A DNA stretch of 61,742 bases, counting the filler, from Choristocarpus tenellus KU-1152 (taxonomy: Eukaryota; Protista; Phaeophyceae), in NCBI GenBank assembly GCA_964200185.2. It is 9 parts of 9 records of this genome, joined end to end, with 100 filler letters (N's around TTAATTAATTAA, not from the genome) between each part and the next. Parts side by side here need not be neighbours in the genome. Positions count along the whole stretch, not along the records: positions 31,877 to 37,343 come from CAXNAD020010694.1; positions 37,444 to 42,970 come from CAXNAD020010523.1; positions 43,071 to 46,519 come from CAXNAD020019953.1; 6 more parts are not named here. The stretch is one strand, 5' to 3'. Positions 32,478-45,648 of this stretch are shown piece after piece (within the stretch, counting starts at the first letter, position 1; every line of letters starts with the position of its first letter). The notes below the pieces were generated by a model. The model searched no databases. It was not told the origin of the DNA and saw only the letters and a program-made list of their open reading frames with translations. Both the position numbers and the translations under genes were made by a program.

Positions 32478-34332
32478 CTTTCCCAAGAAAGCATATAGCC
32501 TCATGCATGGAGCCATGCTCGCAAGCACATCCGCAACAGTAGAAGAGGGGTCTGATGCCACACCGTGAAGAAAATGTACGTAATCAGTAGTGGCCTCTAG
32601 TGGAGATGCCAGCTGAACAGGTGAAAGGCGCGGAACAAGGGAACGGGGGTGGGGGGGTACTGCACGTCAGCTTTACTCGGGTGTACAAGCAGAGGTGATG
32701 GGTGTTGTTGGAGGAGCGGAGCAGCCAGCAGGCAAGGCGATTTCAGTCTCTTCCACGAGTATTGATTGTCTCGTGTCTATCATGCATGACCTCCCACCTC
32801 CCGTTATCCTCATATCTCTCCTTCCCTCCCTCCTCCCCTCCCTGCCTCCCTCTCTTACATTCTCAATGTCTACTCCCCACTTATGTGAATATGATCCATG
32901 GAGGTCCAGCTCTTCTAGCACAGACCCAATCAGGGAATGGAAGGAGCGGATTCCGTCCTTGTCTGATGTTTTCGTGAGAGCAAAGCCATACGCCTGAACA
33001 GGAAGTGGGGTTATTTAAGAGTCACAGAGGGGTAACATGGTTGCCAGACAAAATGAACAGCAAGAGGCCCTGCCTTGAACTACGTCGTTTTTGCCCATGT
33101 GCCCAAGAGTCAATCGTGATGGCTCATTTATGATGTGGAGGAGTGTCGACATGCTGTAAGCGTAATCATCCATGAGGAGGGAGGGAAATCGAAATGAGCA
33201 CATTTTTTTGGTAATCAATGCTGTCATTTAATGCATTTACCCCCTCTTCTCCTATGGAACAGGAAGTATTTTCTGTTTTGTGGCGAGTCTGCCGATAATG
33301 AAGGTGTGTAACATGATAATAGAGGCTCTTGTGAGGGTTTTCACGAAGAGGTATGTGCTGCTGTGATGAAGACTGTAAATAAGACATGCAGCAATCCATG
33401 AGGATTGGGCATATAGCTAAGCTTGCCTTTCAACATTCAGTGCAGCAGCGCAGGTCAACCCACCACAACCTTCAAACATTCAAGGGATTTTGGAAGCGGA
33501 ATGAAAAGTGCTCAAGAAGCAAACGAAAAAGTAATCTTTCAAAGGTAACCTTTGCAAAAGCCTCTAAGAAATAGGCATCCTGGGTGATATATCCCTCGAA
33601 GCTCGTGCGGGACGTGCTTCCATCAGCGAGGCCAAGGGTCCACGGGTGGTGCAGGCTCCGCATGGCTTCCAACTGGCAATCATGCCATAGGCGTGCTTTT
33701 CTCGGAGGAGAGGAGCAGAAGGTAGAACGAGTTTGAGGAGACAAGTCATTGTTTTGGACCTTCACCAAGGCAGAGGAGAGGCCATGCTTTGACGTGGTAC
33801 GGTCACAAAAGCTGGAAATTGAACTCTTGCAGTACGACTTAGCACAATCATCAGTTCAAACCTGACCGTAGAACACGACGTCAACCGCCACCATTGATTA
33901 GATCTGTGTCGTGGCTACAGACTAGACTACCCGCTACCCTAGCACTTTCCTCCAGTCCAGAAATTCCTACCTACTTATACATAAACCTCACAGCGCATAT
34001 TTGATCAAAAGCAGAGGATGCCAGGGTGCCATACCTGCTATTCCAAGTGTGCTGTCCTGAGACTTCAGTGTGTCTTCCGTTTCTTCTCCCATGATCGTAC
34101 TCTGAGAAGCAGTGTTCAAGCACGTACTTCTCTCCCAGTCTCTGGTTAACGAGGGTTTTTCCCGAGATCCTCGATGATGAGGAAGGCAGTGATTGCTTGA
34201 TTCTTGATTAGTAAGGGCAACTTGAAGAGTATTGAAAGCAGCTCCTTTGCACAGTAGAACGAGGACAACAAGCGTTAGTGACACCACGAAGTGTCGAATA
34301 AGAATGTGTTGTAACGAAGCAGTGCTGCGCAT
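32478..34332 (-). CDS. TenA/THI-4-family thiamine salvage protein (TH2-like N-terminal domain); exons 34332-34035, 33695-33550, 32993-32859, 32612-32478; 3' end not found
   Basis: HPWTLGLADGS....FEGYITQDAYFLEAFAK|AYGFAL...LEELDLH..Y..KWGVD and SMAPCMRLYAFLGK with the TenA catalytic Cys; N-terminal signal + 'GAA-F'. Confidence 0.9.
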
Positions 34333-34499
34333 TGACCTGTCCAAGCTACACAACTCTCAAGCTTGCCTACCAAGTGGGGTTACATTGTGAAACGATGTAT
34401 AAAAATTGACACCAATACTACTTGGTTTGGAAACCCACATTTGAAATTGTGAGGAGAGGTTGAGTGGCAAAGCGTACCTTGCGCTACCCAAGAAGTGCC

Positions 34500-35413
34500 A
34501 TGGATCGAGATGCATTCGTAGCATCGTTGATCACTGAGCTGAGACTCAGAGATGATATCCCGTCCACTGGAGTAGGATTGAACGATGACGCTAGTGAGTG
34601 CCTCTCACATGTCTATTCGTGTGTTTATTTGCTTCAACCTTGACACTTTGCCAGTATCAATATTTGTTGCCTATTGTCTCTATTTGCTACATGTGTATAC
34701 GCATATAGGTTCCTCCGTGAGACCTGGAGTTGTGGAGGCTGTTATGCAACGTAGAGTACGAGATTGTACAGCTGGGATCAATAACTTGATCGACCTTGTT
34801 TTGATGTGCGTCGAATTCCAGCAGTGATAATTCATACTTTCCTTTTCCTCGTGACTTCTAAAGATTAATAACATTTCTTCATTCTACTCTCAATATTCAT
34901 CATCGATAGAGACAAATGGAAGACAAGAAGACCACGACAAAAGTTGCGTTTCCAATGGACAGATCAACGGTGTAAGGGGGGGGGAAGTCAGTAGTTCAGC
35001 TGAAGGAAGAGTGAACGAATCTCATGGACACGTGACGAATGGGGGTGTGAATGGACGGTCAAGTCCTGTTGGTAATAGAACCAAGTCGGGTGGCGCGGTG
35101 AAGCAGCCGAACCCCCTTGATATGCTCAAGGCCCTGAACGTATACGACTTCACGAGACCTAGTCAGGAGGAAGCGCTGGTCTTGGCCGCGACCCTAGCAA
35201 AAGTCGCAGGAGAAGGGACGGATGGGCTTGGAGGTGAGTGAAGAGGGTAGCTGTATCCTCAACTATCACCCCCAGTCCATTTTGACGATCGTGCACTGAA
35301 GCTGACATTTGTTGCCTGTTGCTGTTGACATATATTTATAGAAGAGGGTGATTCCGTGATGAGAAGAGGTATACGATGGAAAGAAAACCCCACTGCCGGT
35401 TCTTATTTAGTCA

Positions 35414-35455
<42 letters not shown>

Positions 35456-37016
35456 CCCCTCCCTCCCCTTCAGCATATATATCCTGTCATAAAGTTGTTG
35501 CGTACTTCTTCTCATCCTAGACAATGGGTCCTCTCACCCCACCTTCCTCCTTCTGTTCAATGTTATTCTACCCGAAAACATGCATTTCTCCGCTCTCACC
35601 AGAGAGAGGCACTTCAGGATTCCTGGATAGTATGCACCTGACACGCAAGTTCTTTGAGAATCTTGTCTACGCCTCCTCCTGCCTTCACAAAAGAGAGGAA
35701 GAGAAGGGAAACCAGGTTGCTGTGGCCTCAGGTGATGCAACTATTTTAGGGGATGAACCAAGAGATGAGAGCAACAATGGCATGATACCTCCGCTTGTGG
35801 AGGAAGCTTCATACAGGCAAGAGAGTAAGTTACGTGAAGGGCGAGAGGCCGAGGAGGGGTTGAAGGGGCAGGAAGCAATAGCAGAGCTCTGTGCTGTGGC
35901 GGGAATCAAGGTGGTTCGAGCAATGCTGAGGTGAGTTGGTTGTTTCCTGAATGTGATGGGGATCTCAAAAGTGCCTTGGTGAGGACTATCTTTGTGTTGA
36001 TTGACAATCGAGTCCATATACTTCAGCGTAGTACTTCTACTTGGCGTGTGTGGTGCACTGTTGCATTAAAGCATTGAGGTCACTGCATCATCCCACCTAG
36101 GTGTGCAAACTTTTGTCAGGAACGGTGATGATCTTAGTGAGATCAGTTGTTGATTGGATACAACCCGTGGGCACCACCATAAGTGTAACTACTGCTATTG
36201 ATACTACAAGATGGGGGATGGTGATGATAATCAGAAGAACATAACATATGCTTTATGTTGTACTAAATGTATGTATGAATGAGTGAGTGAGAATGGTGAT
36301 GACACAGTGATGTGGTGATGTGAAAGGAAATGGAAGAGGTCTAGCACCAATAACAATGGATGCATTCAGTATTTCAAACAGAAGTACAAAATAGGTGGAG
36401 TGGTGGGTATTTTGTAGCGTGTGTGATGTATGTGACATAATACACGCACATAAAGTATTAGTTGATGAGATAGGGACCCATCTCTCTCTCTCTCCCAATG
36501 TCACCTAGGGGGCACCCCTTCCTGAAAGCTGTAAGATGCTGGTCACTTCATGGTCCATCCAGTGCCTACAATACCCTGCCTTGACCTTGGATGGCGTGTT
36601 CATTCCTGCATATTGTTGTTGCATCAACCATGACCCCCCCACTATGTTCTGACGGATTTATCTGCTCAATGTGCAAAAAATCACACTTTTTGGGTGTATT
36701 CCCTTGTGGTTGTCTGCATGACACTCGACACAAAGGTCAGACCTGACAACACTTCAGTGCGTGCTGGATACCTACACACCACTAAAAGAGTTGCAGCTGA
36801 TTGAGGAACGGCAGCAAAGGGTGCTTGGAGATACAGAGGTGTGCTGCGTGGAGGGGGGACGGTTTATCTATCATTGAGTTGTTGCAGGCACTGCTAGACA
36901 CTGGTGGGGTTCACACAGCATCCCCTCAGAAAGTCAGAATTGATGCTGGAACTAGAGTTTTTGCTTGGATTGTGCAAAATTTATGGGGTTTTTCACATAC
37001 CCTTGAATTTATCAGG
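34500..37016 (+). CDS. Unknown helical protein, possibly ataxin-10-like (ARM fold); exons 34500-34593, 34910-35233, 35603-35930, ~36806-~37016
   Basis: Phases match across the first three GT-AG introns (last acceptor is a weak GAG); VVRAMLR|NGSKGCLEIQ resembles the ataxin-10 'LRNAC..C..NQ' segment from memory only. Confidence 0.55.
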
Positions 37017-37443
37017 CAGGACTTGGTTAACCATTTAGATTGTTTTGTTTTACAAAAAAAAGTTGAGTAAGGTGGGTCTCTCACGACAACACACACACAC
37101 ATACGCATACACACACCAGGCTGAGAAGAGTGCAATAGATATTCTTCTGTCTCCGATCCCCTTCACATGCAGCATTATTTCGAGAGGTGGTACCCTTAAG
37201 CCCTTGAAAAAATTGCCCAGAACACTGACCATGATTTGCTGGCATCGTATCATACCTTTACTACATATTTAGTGTGTGTGTGTGTGTGTGCAAAAATCAT
37301 CTTCCCCATCAGGTGATACCATAAACTCTCCCTCCCTCCCCCCNNNNNNNNNNNNNNNNNNNNNNNNNNNNNNNNNNNNNNNNNNNNTTAATTAATTAAN
37401 NNNNNNNNNNNNNNNNNNNNNNNNNNNNNNNNNNNNNNNNNNN

Positions 37444-37596
37444 GGCCTACATCAGGATGTCCATTTGGGCTCTCTCCACGAGAAGTGTACTTACATTATC
37501 CATCTGACGCATGCAACCAAACCACCCAAAAAGTGCAACATGGAAAAATGGGAGCCAAATGGACAGCCTCCACCCTCCCCAGATACTTTGAAACCC
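37444..37596. mobile_element. Second, G-rich TIR family (terminus GGG/GGC-TCAAAGTATCTGGGGGG); further termini at ~57-92, 5413-5430, 23012-23059, 39750-39782, 61704-61742
   Basis: Shared CCCCAGATACTTTG terminus; internal inverted tgtccatttgg/ccaaatggaca also found in the 260-bp family. Confidence 0.7.
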
Positions 37597-37651
37597 TGAT
37601 CAAACCAGCTTACCTATTTGTAGACAAGTAGATGGGTATACTTGCACTGAC

Positions 37652-40600
37652 ATTGCACTCTTCGACTGCATATGACATGGCACTGGTGTAGGAAGCGATT
37701 GTTTCTTGAGGAGTCCGCACAAAAATGTACCTATTTTTTTCTGGGTTGTACGATGAAGACAACTCCCCATCAGGTGTCACATGCCATGCGGCATACACAG
37801 TGGAAGTGATGGGGAAGGGACCGTACTCCTCCAGTGCCTGCACCATGGCTGGACTGATGCACAAATGGGTTTTTGAAAAGGATTAATGATACTGGACCAA
37901 GTACATAGATAGACACTGTGTCATTTGTTTTGTCCCTTGTGAGCAAGTAGTTTGTAGATGTATCAGGAGGAGTCAAAGAATCTCAGAGGGTAGGGCCACA
38001 TCCGTTTGGGGTACAAAATCCAATGTTATGATTTAGATGCAATTTTGGCTATCATGTTAGCAAGTGTCAATATCCTTGTTTCGAACCTTTTCACTTAGTT
38101 GATAAGTTGTACCAACTCCGAAACTCTTGGGAGTAAGAAAATGTAGAAAAAAAACTGTGGGAAGCTAAGTCACAAACTGGCAAAGAAGGCAAAACTCGTA
38201 ACCTTTTAAATGCTTTGGCTCGAGTATGATCACTCTCCAAAAGTGTGAACCACTGTGAGCCTTTTCACCTCGCCTTGTTTCCCTTGTAGGTGCACAATAC
38301 AACATGCTTGTTGGTACTACAAACTTAAGACGAAGTGGCTCATTGAGATATGGATGCAAAGTGTATGTAATCATAGTTGATGATCGCTTCACCTGCGGTT
38401 AAAGATCATGTTCCATGTACATGGCTGTAGGTCCGGGACAGGAAGTTCCCTAGAAAGGTAGGTAAAAAGGTTCCTCAATGAGAGGTGCTCCTGTTCTACC
38501 TGTGCAATTATCTGTAATGGATCCTTAGCATCATTTTCTTCTGCCTCTGCTATCTGAGCAAGTTGCCCTGAACTCAGAAGCATAAAACCATCGCCAAAGC
38601 TCAATGCATGCCTGTCACCGTGGACATTTTCTCCTGGTTAAGACAAAAATTACGACATAGATGGTTCAGCAACTGTAGCAGATGCAAAGAATTATGTCGT
38701 AAAACGTGCCAGTGCTGAAGACAAAAATGGATTCTTGAAAACCCACTTTATCGTAAGATGCATTTTTGAGATTTCTTTTTTTTGAGCACAGAAGTGATTA
38801 TTTAAAACAGAGATAACATGTAATGGATGTATGTACGTATCACAACAATGAAATTGTTTTTTGCAAGACATAAGAACTTCGAAGTCCTTAAGCCAATCTC
38901 CAACATTTGTACCAGTCGGATTGTTGTGTTTAAAAAAAAAAGGACTGAGAAGCGATGGAGAGGCTGTGCTTTCCACAACCGAGAAGTGAGGCAGGCAAAA
39001 AGGTAGGACGGGTTGCCTGCCGTAGTGTAGTTGGGATAACTCTTAGATAATAATGCTACCGTAACTTGTGAGTGCATGTTTGAATACATTCAGAAAAAGA
39101 TAACCAAACAGACCGTTTTGATTACTACTATCTTGAAATTTAGGAGTGTACAAATGAGAATCCATGCAATACAGGAAAGGGTCTACACCAACAACTAAGT
39201 ACATCTCCATCAACCATTGGCAACGCACCTTAAGACTAAACTGCGATGATGAAACCACATATTATGTAGTGCGATTCCACGTAGTACAACACTCGAAAAA
39301 ATATGTTCACCCCACATCAAAGAACCTAATGCCTCTCATTGAAGCTTGTATTTTTGTTCAACTTTAGATCATGTCACATGAACCATTACAGACTCTAAAT
39401 TCATGATCACACTGTTAATAAACATATAATTAAAGGTTGAACAAGACACAAAATATCCAAATGAATGTTGAAATAATTCTTGTTGACAAGAAATAGACTA
39501 GGAAGGAGTAAGCACAAACACAGTGTTATGAACCTGTATCACAACCGATTATACATACTGGCGAGATGTTGATAAACTGTACCTAAAGTCAGAAGAAAAC
39601 ATACACTCCTCCCATAACATGTACGAAAAATATTATATATTAGACTCACTGTCCATGTCGCGATCTTTAGGTGAATTTGGTTGCATGGGTCGGATGGATA
39701 CTGTAAGTGTACATATCCTGGTTAGGTCCCCAACGGAGGATTTGGTTTAGACCCCCCCCTTACTCGCCAGATACTTTGAGCCATAAGATAGGCACCAGGC
39801 TGCCTACATGTTCCATATTTAATGCTTGAATTTCATACTTTTTTAATCGCTTCTAGTATGTTTATATCTTTCCTTAATGTACAATCAGGACCGAACTATC
39901 AAGTCCATAAATTACAAACAGTACACACTTAACAAGAGAAATTAGGGGATAAAAACGACAAGAGAGGCAGCTCAACACTTTTCTTTCTTCCCTGACTTAC
40001 CACGTTTCATGCTGTCAAACTCCTGGACAAAAGGTGTGGGATTCACATCCCACTGGATTTTGTTTGGTATTAGAGCAGCTCCAAAGCTCTCAAATGGTAA
40101 ATCTTCAAGCACAAGTGCAATTTCAAGGTATACACATACCTGCCAGGGCAACGGCGAGATTTTAAGTAAGAAGCGCAATAATTCAAGAAAAAACTTTTGA
40201 TCGTCGAGAATATTTACTTTGTAGTTGTAGGGTGTATGGAGTATCTCACCTTTATCACATTTTGCAGGGATGAAAATAAGTTACCAAGTGATGGGAAAAG
40301 GGCGTAGACAGCAACGTTTAGGTCTTGAAGTCCACTGTCCTGTGTTGCAGGCCACAAGTCCCATCTAGAATGACAAGCACTGCTTTGATCGTTCATAAAC
40401 GGCGCAGATACACTGTTACTGTGCTTCTCCACATCCTGGCTAAGCGACAGAGTACTCAGTATAGTCAGAATGATGACCAGGAACGCTCCACGCAACCTTT
40501 TGTGTGAATACGATTGATGGTGTGAAGTGCGTTAGCTTCGAAATAATTGTCAGCAGCAGCAGCAGCAGCAGCAGCAAATTACTAGTGTTCATTCTGTCTA

Positions 40601-40673
40601 TCAAATCGACTGAAAGGATGAAAAGAAGGGCACTGTAAGACTTCCTGCGCCAAAACTCGGCGCTATATATCAT
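37652..40673 (-). CDS. Unknown multi-exon protein with an N-terminal membrane anchor/signal (type II-like); central junctions ambiguous, may be decaying
   Basis: Exon-like blocks LRGAFLVIILTILSTLSLSQ...QNVIK|VCVYLEIALVLEDLPF...MKR|GYVHLQYPSDPC...TWT|...|GENVHGDRHALSFGDGF...FNR|...YGPFPITSTVYAAWH with GT donors. Confidence 0.5.
37970..38221. mobile_element. Diverged ~250-bp MITE copy with GAG target-site duplication, intronic
   Basis: gag|GAGTCAAAGAATCTCAGAGGGTA ... TGCTTTGGCTC|gag; interior aligns by eye with 45649-45909. Confidence 0.8.
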
Positions 40674-43600
40674 ACAATTGACTCTTAGCCTATCTGCTCG
40701 ATGTGAATATATATATATACGAAAAGTTCAAGCTTTACTGTCTCAGAGATAGCAAATATAGAGTGATGAGCCTGCAATACATTCCCTACACTCAAAAAAT
40801 CTATTATATAGCAAGAATATAAAAGTTGCCTTAAACAAAATTGTGCTTCAGGGCATTTGTTCGATGGCCCTTACCATGTTTCTTTAGCTGAAAAAAGTAG
40901 CTGTAGAGGTTTAAATGGGGATATCTGTTTTATTGGCAGTACGTTGTGAGAATGTAAGAAACATTCTACAGTACATATGTGCCTTCAAACGCTATTCACA
41001 CCATAGTACGCACCATTACGTCAAACTGCTTCTTAACTGCCAACATGTTTTTGAAATACCGAGCAGCACCCCATAATTTATGCAAGGGAAATTGCGCTAC
41101 TTGCTTGATTGGCACAAAACAAATGCGAAACGAAGCAAAACACATGTATTCGCAGAATATATGGTAGACGATACTCCCGAGTAGATCATTTGTCCACATT
41201 ATGGCCAAATGTTACCATCACATATCCTTCATCTTTATCAGGGAAGGATACCAAAGATCGATTGTCCATCATGGGGGCACTGCATTTGAGGATGCAACGC
41301 AGAACTATCCAGGTTTATGGATTTGTGTTTTTCAGTGCCACAAAGATATCTCAGATGGAAAGATGTGCAAAAAAAAAATCACATTTGAGCTGTGCTTGAA
41401 ATATATCCCGGAACACAACACCATTGTCTATGCAAAGAAGGGATATCTGGGACCACAGGCCTGCTCCACAAAATCTGACCTTTGAAGACAGACAGGGGTG
41501 AGGTAGTTGTGAGTCGGGTTTGAGATGAGGTTGCTCGGTCTTATCGAAGCTATTTATGCATGTAAATATATGCGAAACGTTGCACTACAGGTGTCTTTTC
41601 CTTGCAACTCTCTAAATGTGCCGATTAGCGGATAAAAATCATTATGGCATACGCAGTTTCAAAGGTGTCCACTTGGTTAGGTAAACGTGAATTCGGGAAA
41701 TTGTAAATAAACTCCAGTCTCGAAAAAATTTCAGTCCAGCACATCGCGTCCAGTTGGAAAGGAGGTCACTACTGCTCTCAGTTCACAGAAGGGTCACAAC
41801 CAACGTGCTTCGAGGGATTAAACTCGTAATTTTGAAATGTTTCGTCTACGACATCTGAACACAATTGGAACTAGAGATCATCTCGATTTACGTTGAGGGA
41901 AGTTGTTTTTTTCCAGTCATGGTATAGGCAGGGTTAAACCGGAAGGTGTTATGCATAGGACTGGCTTAACGAATTACCCGTCGTAAATGGGTAGTCACAA
42001 TATGTTAGATCAAGGACCACTGAGCGCCTTCATTGAAAAGCGTCCGAGTGATTTGGAGACAACGAGGAGTGAAGGTTGGAATCAAAACAAGAACACTCTG
42101 CCCTCCCTAGCCTATTTCATTCCTCTTTTGTTATATACTCAAAAGGAAAATAAGGAGGTAGCAGTAGTAGTGTGATGTGTAGGTGTGATCATTTCAGTGG
42201 GGCAATTATATCTGTTGTGACTCCATTAATGGCACCTTAGTGAAGCCCTCATTGACATCGGTCATCAAGTTAATCCTAGCGCTCAGTAACCTATCATGTG
42301 GAGGTAGGATGGAGAAAAAACGTGACGCACCCTTAGACCTCTCTACAGAGTTTGTTTGAAGGAAGTTGAGTTATGCATAAACAGTAGTTCACGTTGGGTG
42401 AACGAAGGTTTTGAAGTGGCTTAGGTCAAAATTATTTAGAGAGAAGAGGAGAAATTTTTGTTTTGGAACGTTTAAATAGAGTTATTACATTAAATCGAAT
42501 CGCACTTCTACAGATTATATTTCGTTCTTATTTCATAATAGTATATTATGGTATTATTACCATGTTGTAATTTTTTTGTGAGGACTACTTGTGATTATTG
42601 TTATGTTTTGGAATATTTCTTCGAATACACTCGAGAGATCCTTGACTTGTAAAGTGATTCTTAATCGTATATATAGAATATATATCTTACTACAAATAGA
42701 TATATTAGTAGCCGTTCGGTTTCAACTGAAATTACAATTGGAAATTTGTCTCAGAAGTAGCGATGTGATCAGAGTATCTATCAATCAGTGTTGGAAGTCG
42801 TCTCCATCAACTTTGTTGTACCATAACTTTTGATCAACAACGACTTTTTTCATGAAAATTCGTTTGTTGTAATCGCATAATCATGCTTATGTGGCGGACA
42901 GGTCCCTTTGGGAGCTGATCTCAGTCCAAATACACATCCGCGCGCACACACAAGTGCATTGCGCGCACATNNNNNNNNNNNNNNNNNNNNNNNNNNNNNN
43001 NNNNNNNNNNNNNNTTAATTAATTAANNNNNNNNNNNNNNNNNNNNNNNNNNNNNNNNNNNNNNNNNNNNCTTCCCCCCACCCCCCTAGAAAAGAAAAAC
43101 ATCTCCCTAAAGAGGTCAAAATAATCCTCCTATTGAAATGAGGAAAAGGATGGGTAAAGCTTGTTGACTGATATGTGTAAGAACAGGTATGTCACCAAAA
43201 CTGGGATTAGACATTACGGTACAGCTTAGTGGTGTAAAATTTGTGTGGGTTTGTGTGTGTGTGTGCATATGTGTGTGTGTATGTGTGTGTGTGTGATTGG
43301 GACCGGTTGGGAGTGCTAGAGAAACAGGGTTCGGATAGAGGAAGGGCATTGGCTATAAAGTTGTTGCGGTGAAGTGTGTTGAGACTCACCAATCTTGCCC
43401 TTGGGTTCCACAATCCAAAGAGTGCTTTGAGATAGGAGGAACACCGCTACACATTTAGTATGGCCCACATCTGTGCATACGCACCACATCTTTGTGTGTG
43501 AGATCTACAGAGGAGGGTAAATGGATTGAGTGGGACACACCACTGGAGGAAAGCTACCCTGAGTATGATATATTAGCAACAAATGCGAACGGATATTATG

Positions 43601-43797
43601 ATTAGAGGGCTAAGGGAGTCGTGTAACGCGTTTTTGTCACTATGGAGATATTACAGAGTAAGCTATCTCATCTCTGCTCGGTTGCATTTCTTGGCGATGA
43701 ATGCAGAGGTGCAGGAAAGCCGACGTACGAAGGTACCACGAAATTCGCCCTTACGCCCTCTACCCCTCGTATGCGGAGAGATAAAAACGAGACTTAC

Positions 43798-44691
43798 ATC
43801 GGACATGCCACCTCGATGGTAGTGCCCGTCTTCGTTATCCGAGGAGTATTCACCATCGTCGTCACTATGATAGTTGGGATTTGTGAGGCACAAATAGGCT
43901 TCGCTGACCTCCTGGAACTTTGCCGTGGCACCTGGATCCTGCAGAGTCGGAGAGAGTGGGTGCAGAGGACGCATATTAAGGGGGTGTAATCGTATCAGAA
44001 AAGAATTGTCGAAGAGCTAGGAGAGGAACGAGTGCACAGTAACCACCCCTGGTGCTAGTCCTACGATTACAACAGTGTAGGTTGCTCCGTGGATGGGGAA
44101 AGACTTTGTTGATAATGACAAGAAAAGGAAGTCAAGAGATTTGTTTTTCATCCATTGCATCGACTAATTCGTGTTTGACATAGTTCGTATTGAGATAGCA
44201 TTTGCTGGTCTAGGATTTTGGACGAGGTACGTGACGGCAACGCAAGGACCTCCTCTTGCACATAAGGCAGTTACGCCACCGAGCCAGAACCATCTTTTGC
44301 TCACTTCAGCAGCAACAAACGAGAATAACACTCAACCAGTCGACCACCGCCCTTACCAACAGTCCCAATCGCAAAGCTCGTTCTGCCTTCGATGGACCTG
44401 AGCAGGCCTTTGATAGGGATTGGTGCAACAAAGATCTCTACAGTCATCCGGCTGGCCACCATGCGACACAACCAGATTGTCGTGTATCTGAATTACTACG
44501 GTGGCATATCCACGCATATATTTGCAAAAAGATACTCCACTGGTACTGCCAAGCAATAGAGGTCTAACCTTGCACTTGTCCGGATGTGTCTTAAGAGACA
44601 TCCTTTTGTAGGCCCTCTTGATCTCCGCCTCATCTTCATCACCATTGAGGCCTAGTACCTCAATGGCAGTCTCTTTCTTCATGCGGCCCAT
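43798..44691 (-). CDS. DnaJ (J-domain) protein, first two exons 44691-44569 and 43938-43798
   Basis: EVLGL....DEAEIKRAYKRMSLKTHPDKCK|DPGATAKFQEVSEAYLCL with HPD motif. Confidence 0.9.
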
Positions 44692-45014
44692 AGTCACCAA
44701 TGGCGAGGTCAAGCCCCTATCCCTCTAAGGGCTGTGGTGGCCTTGGATGAGAGAGGAAGCAAGGAAATGTACCCTCGATAACGGAGACATCGATTCTTGT
44801 AGTGTTTTCAATTCGATTTTCGCACCAAATATTAAACGAAGCATAAATCTATCTTATCCACCCAATTATATATTATTTATGTCAATATAATTGGTAATAC
44901 AAAGTGAAGAAGTTGTTTGCATGGGGAAACAAGTGTGAAAAGGAGGGGATATGCGACCAACTGATAAAAGTTCAGATCCTGTAAACAGTAGTTTGAGTGT
45001 GCCCATGTTCATCA

Positions 45015-45340
45015 TGGGATATATATGCTGGAACCGATCCAACGGGCAAGCTGCGGGATGGGGAAGACAACAATAGGGACAAGGGAAAGATCTCAGAGAC
45101 CCTACAACAAGTGATGGAACAGGTGCCTTCTAGGGATGAACTGTCTTCATGGACACAAACGCCCATATTGGAAGGAGTGAAGGGGTGGGGGACCAGTAAA
45201 GTGGTTCTTGGAGCATACGGATGTGATGAGCTGAATGATTATGGTGCACGCCTGCTGAAATTTGATGGGATGCATATACTTGCTCTGGTCAATACATTTT
45301 TCAGGACAACCAACGACCAAACCTCCCCCACACGTATACG
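45015..45340 (+). mobile_element. Degenerate non-LTR retrotransposon (LINE, RTE-like) AP-endonuclease fragment
   Basis: IYA.T...ETLQQVMEQVPSRDEL...VVLGAYGCDELNDYGARLLKF....LALVNTFF matches the G..G....N.NG..LL.F.....L...NTFF pattern; the GDFNA motif is lost. Confidence 0.75.
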
Positions 45341-45648
45341 AGCCCCAAGTGCACCCACAGGAATAAATAAAAAATGTGTATATTCAACAATAATATAATA
45401 TAGTGATAATATTATATACTATCATAATGTATATAATTGTTAGTCTCAGTGACCTTCTGAAGCTTACCTACCCTCCTTCCTTCTCTCTTTTCCTTCCATT
45501 CGTCCTGTCAGTCTTCCCGCTACCCTTCAATCTGAAGAACCTGACTGCCGGTTTCCACCGGTTTCACAGCAGTGATAATGGCAGGGCATGTAATGAACTC
45601 CTTACACCAATAATGCATTTTTGGAGGGTTCAGTCAGACCTGCTCAAT

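Noticed and set aside
31877-34332. TPP riboswitch in the TenA gene
   Set aside because: Looked for CTGAGA and CCTGA..GG.TAAT.CC.GCG motifs in the introns and found none by eye; 3' end of gene not visible
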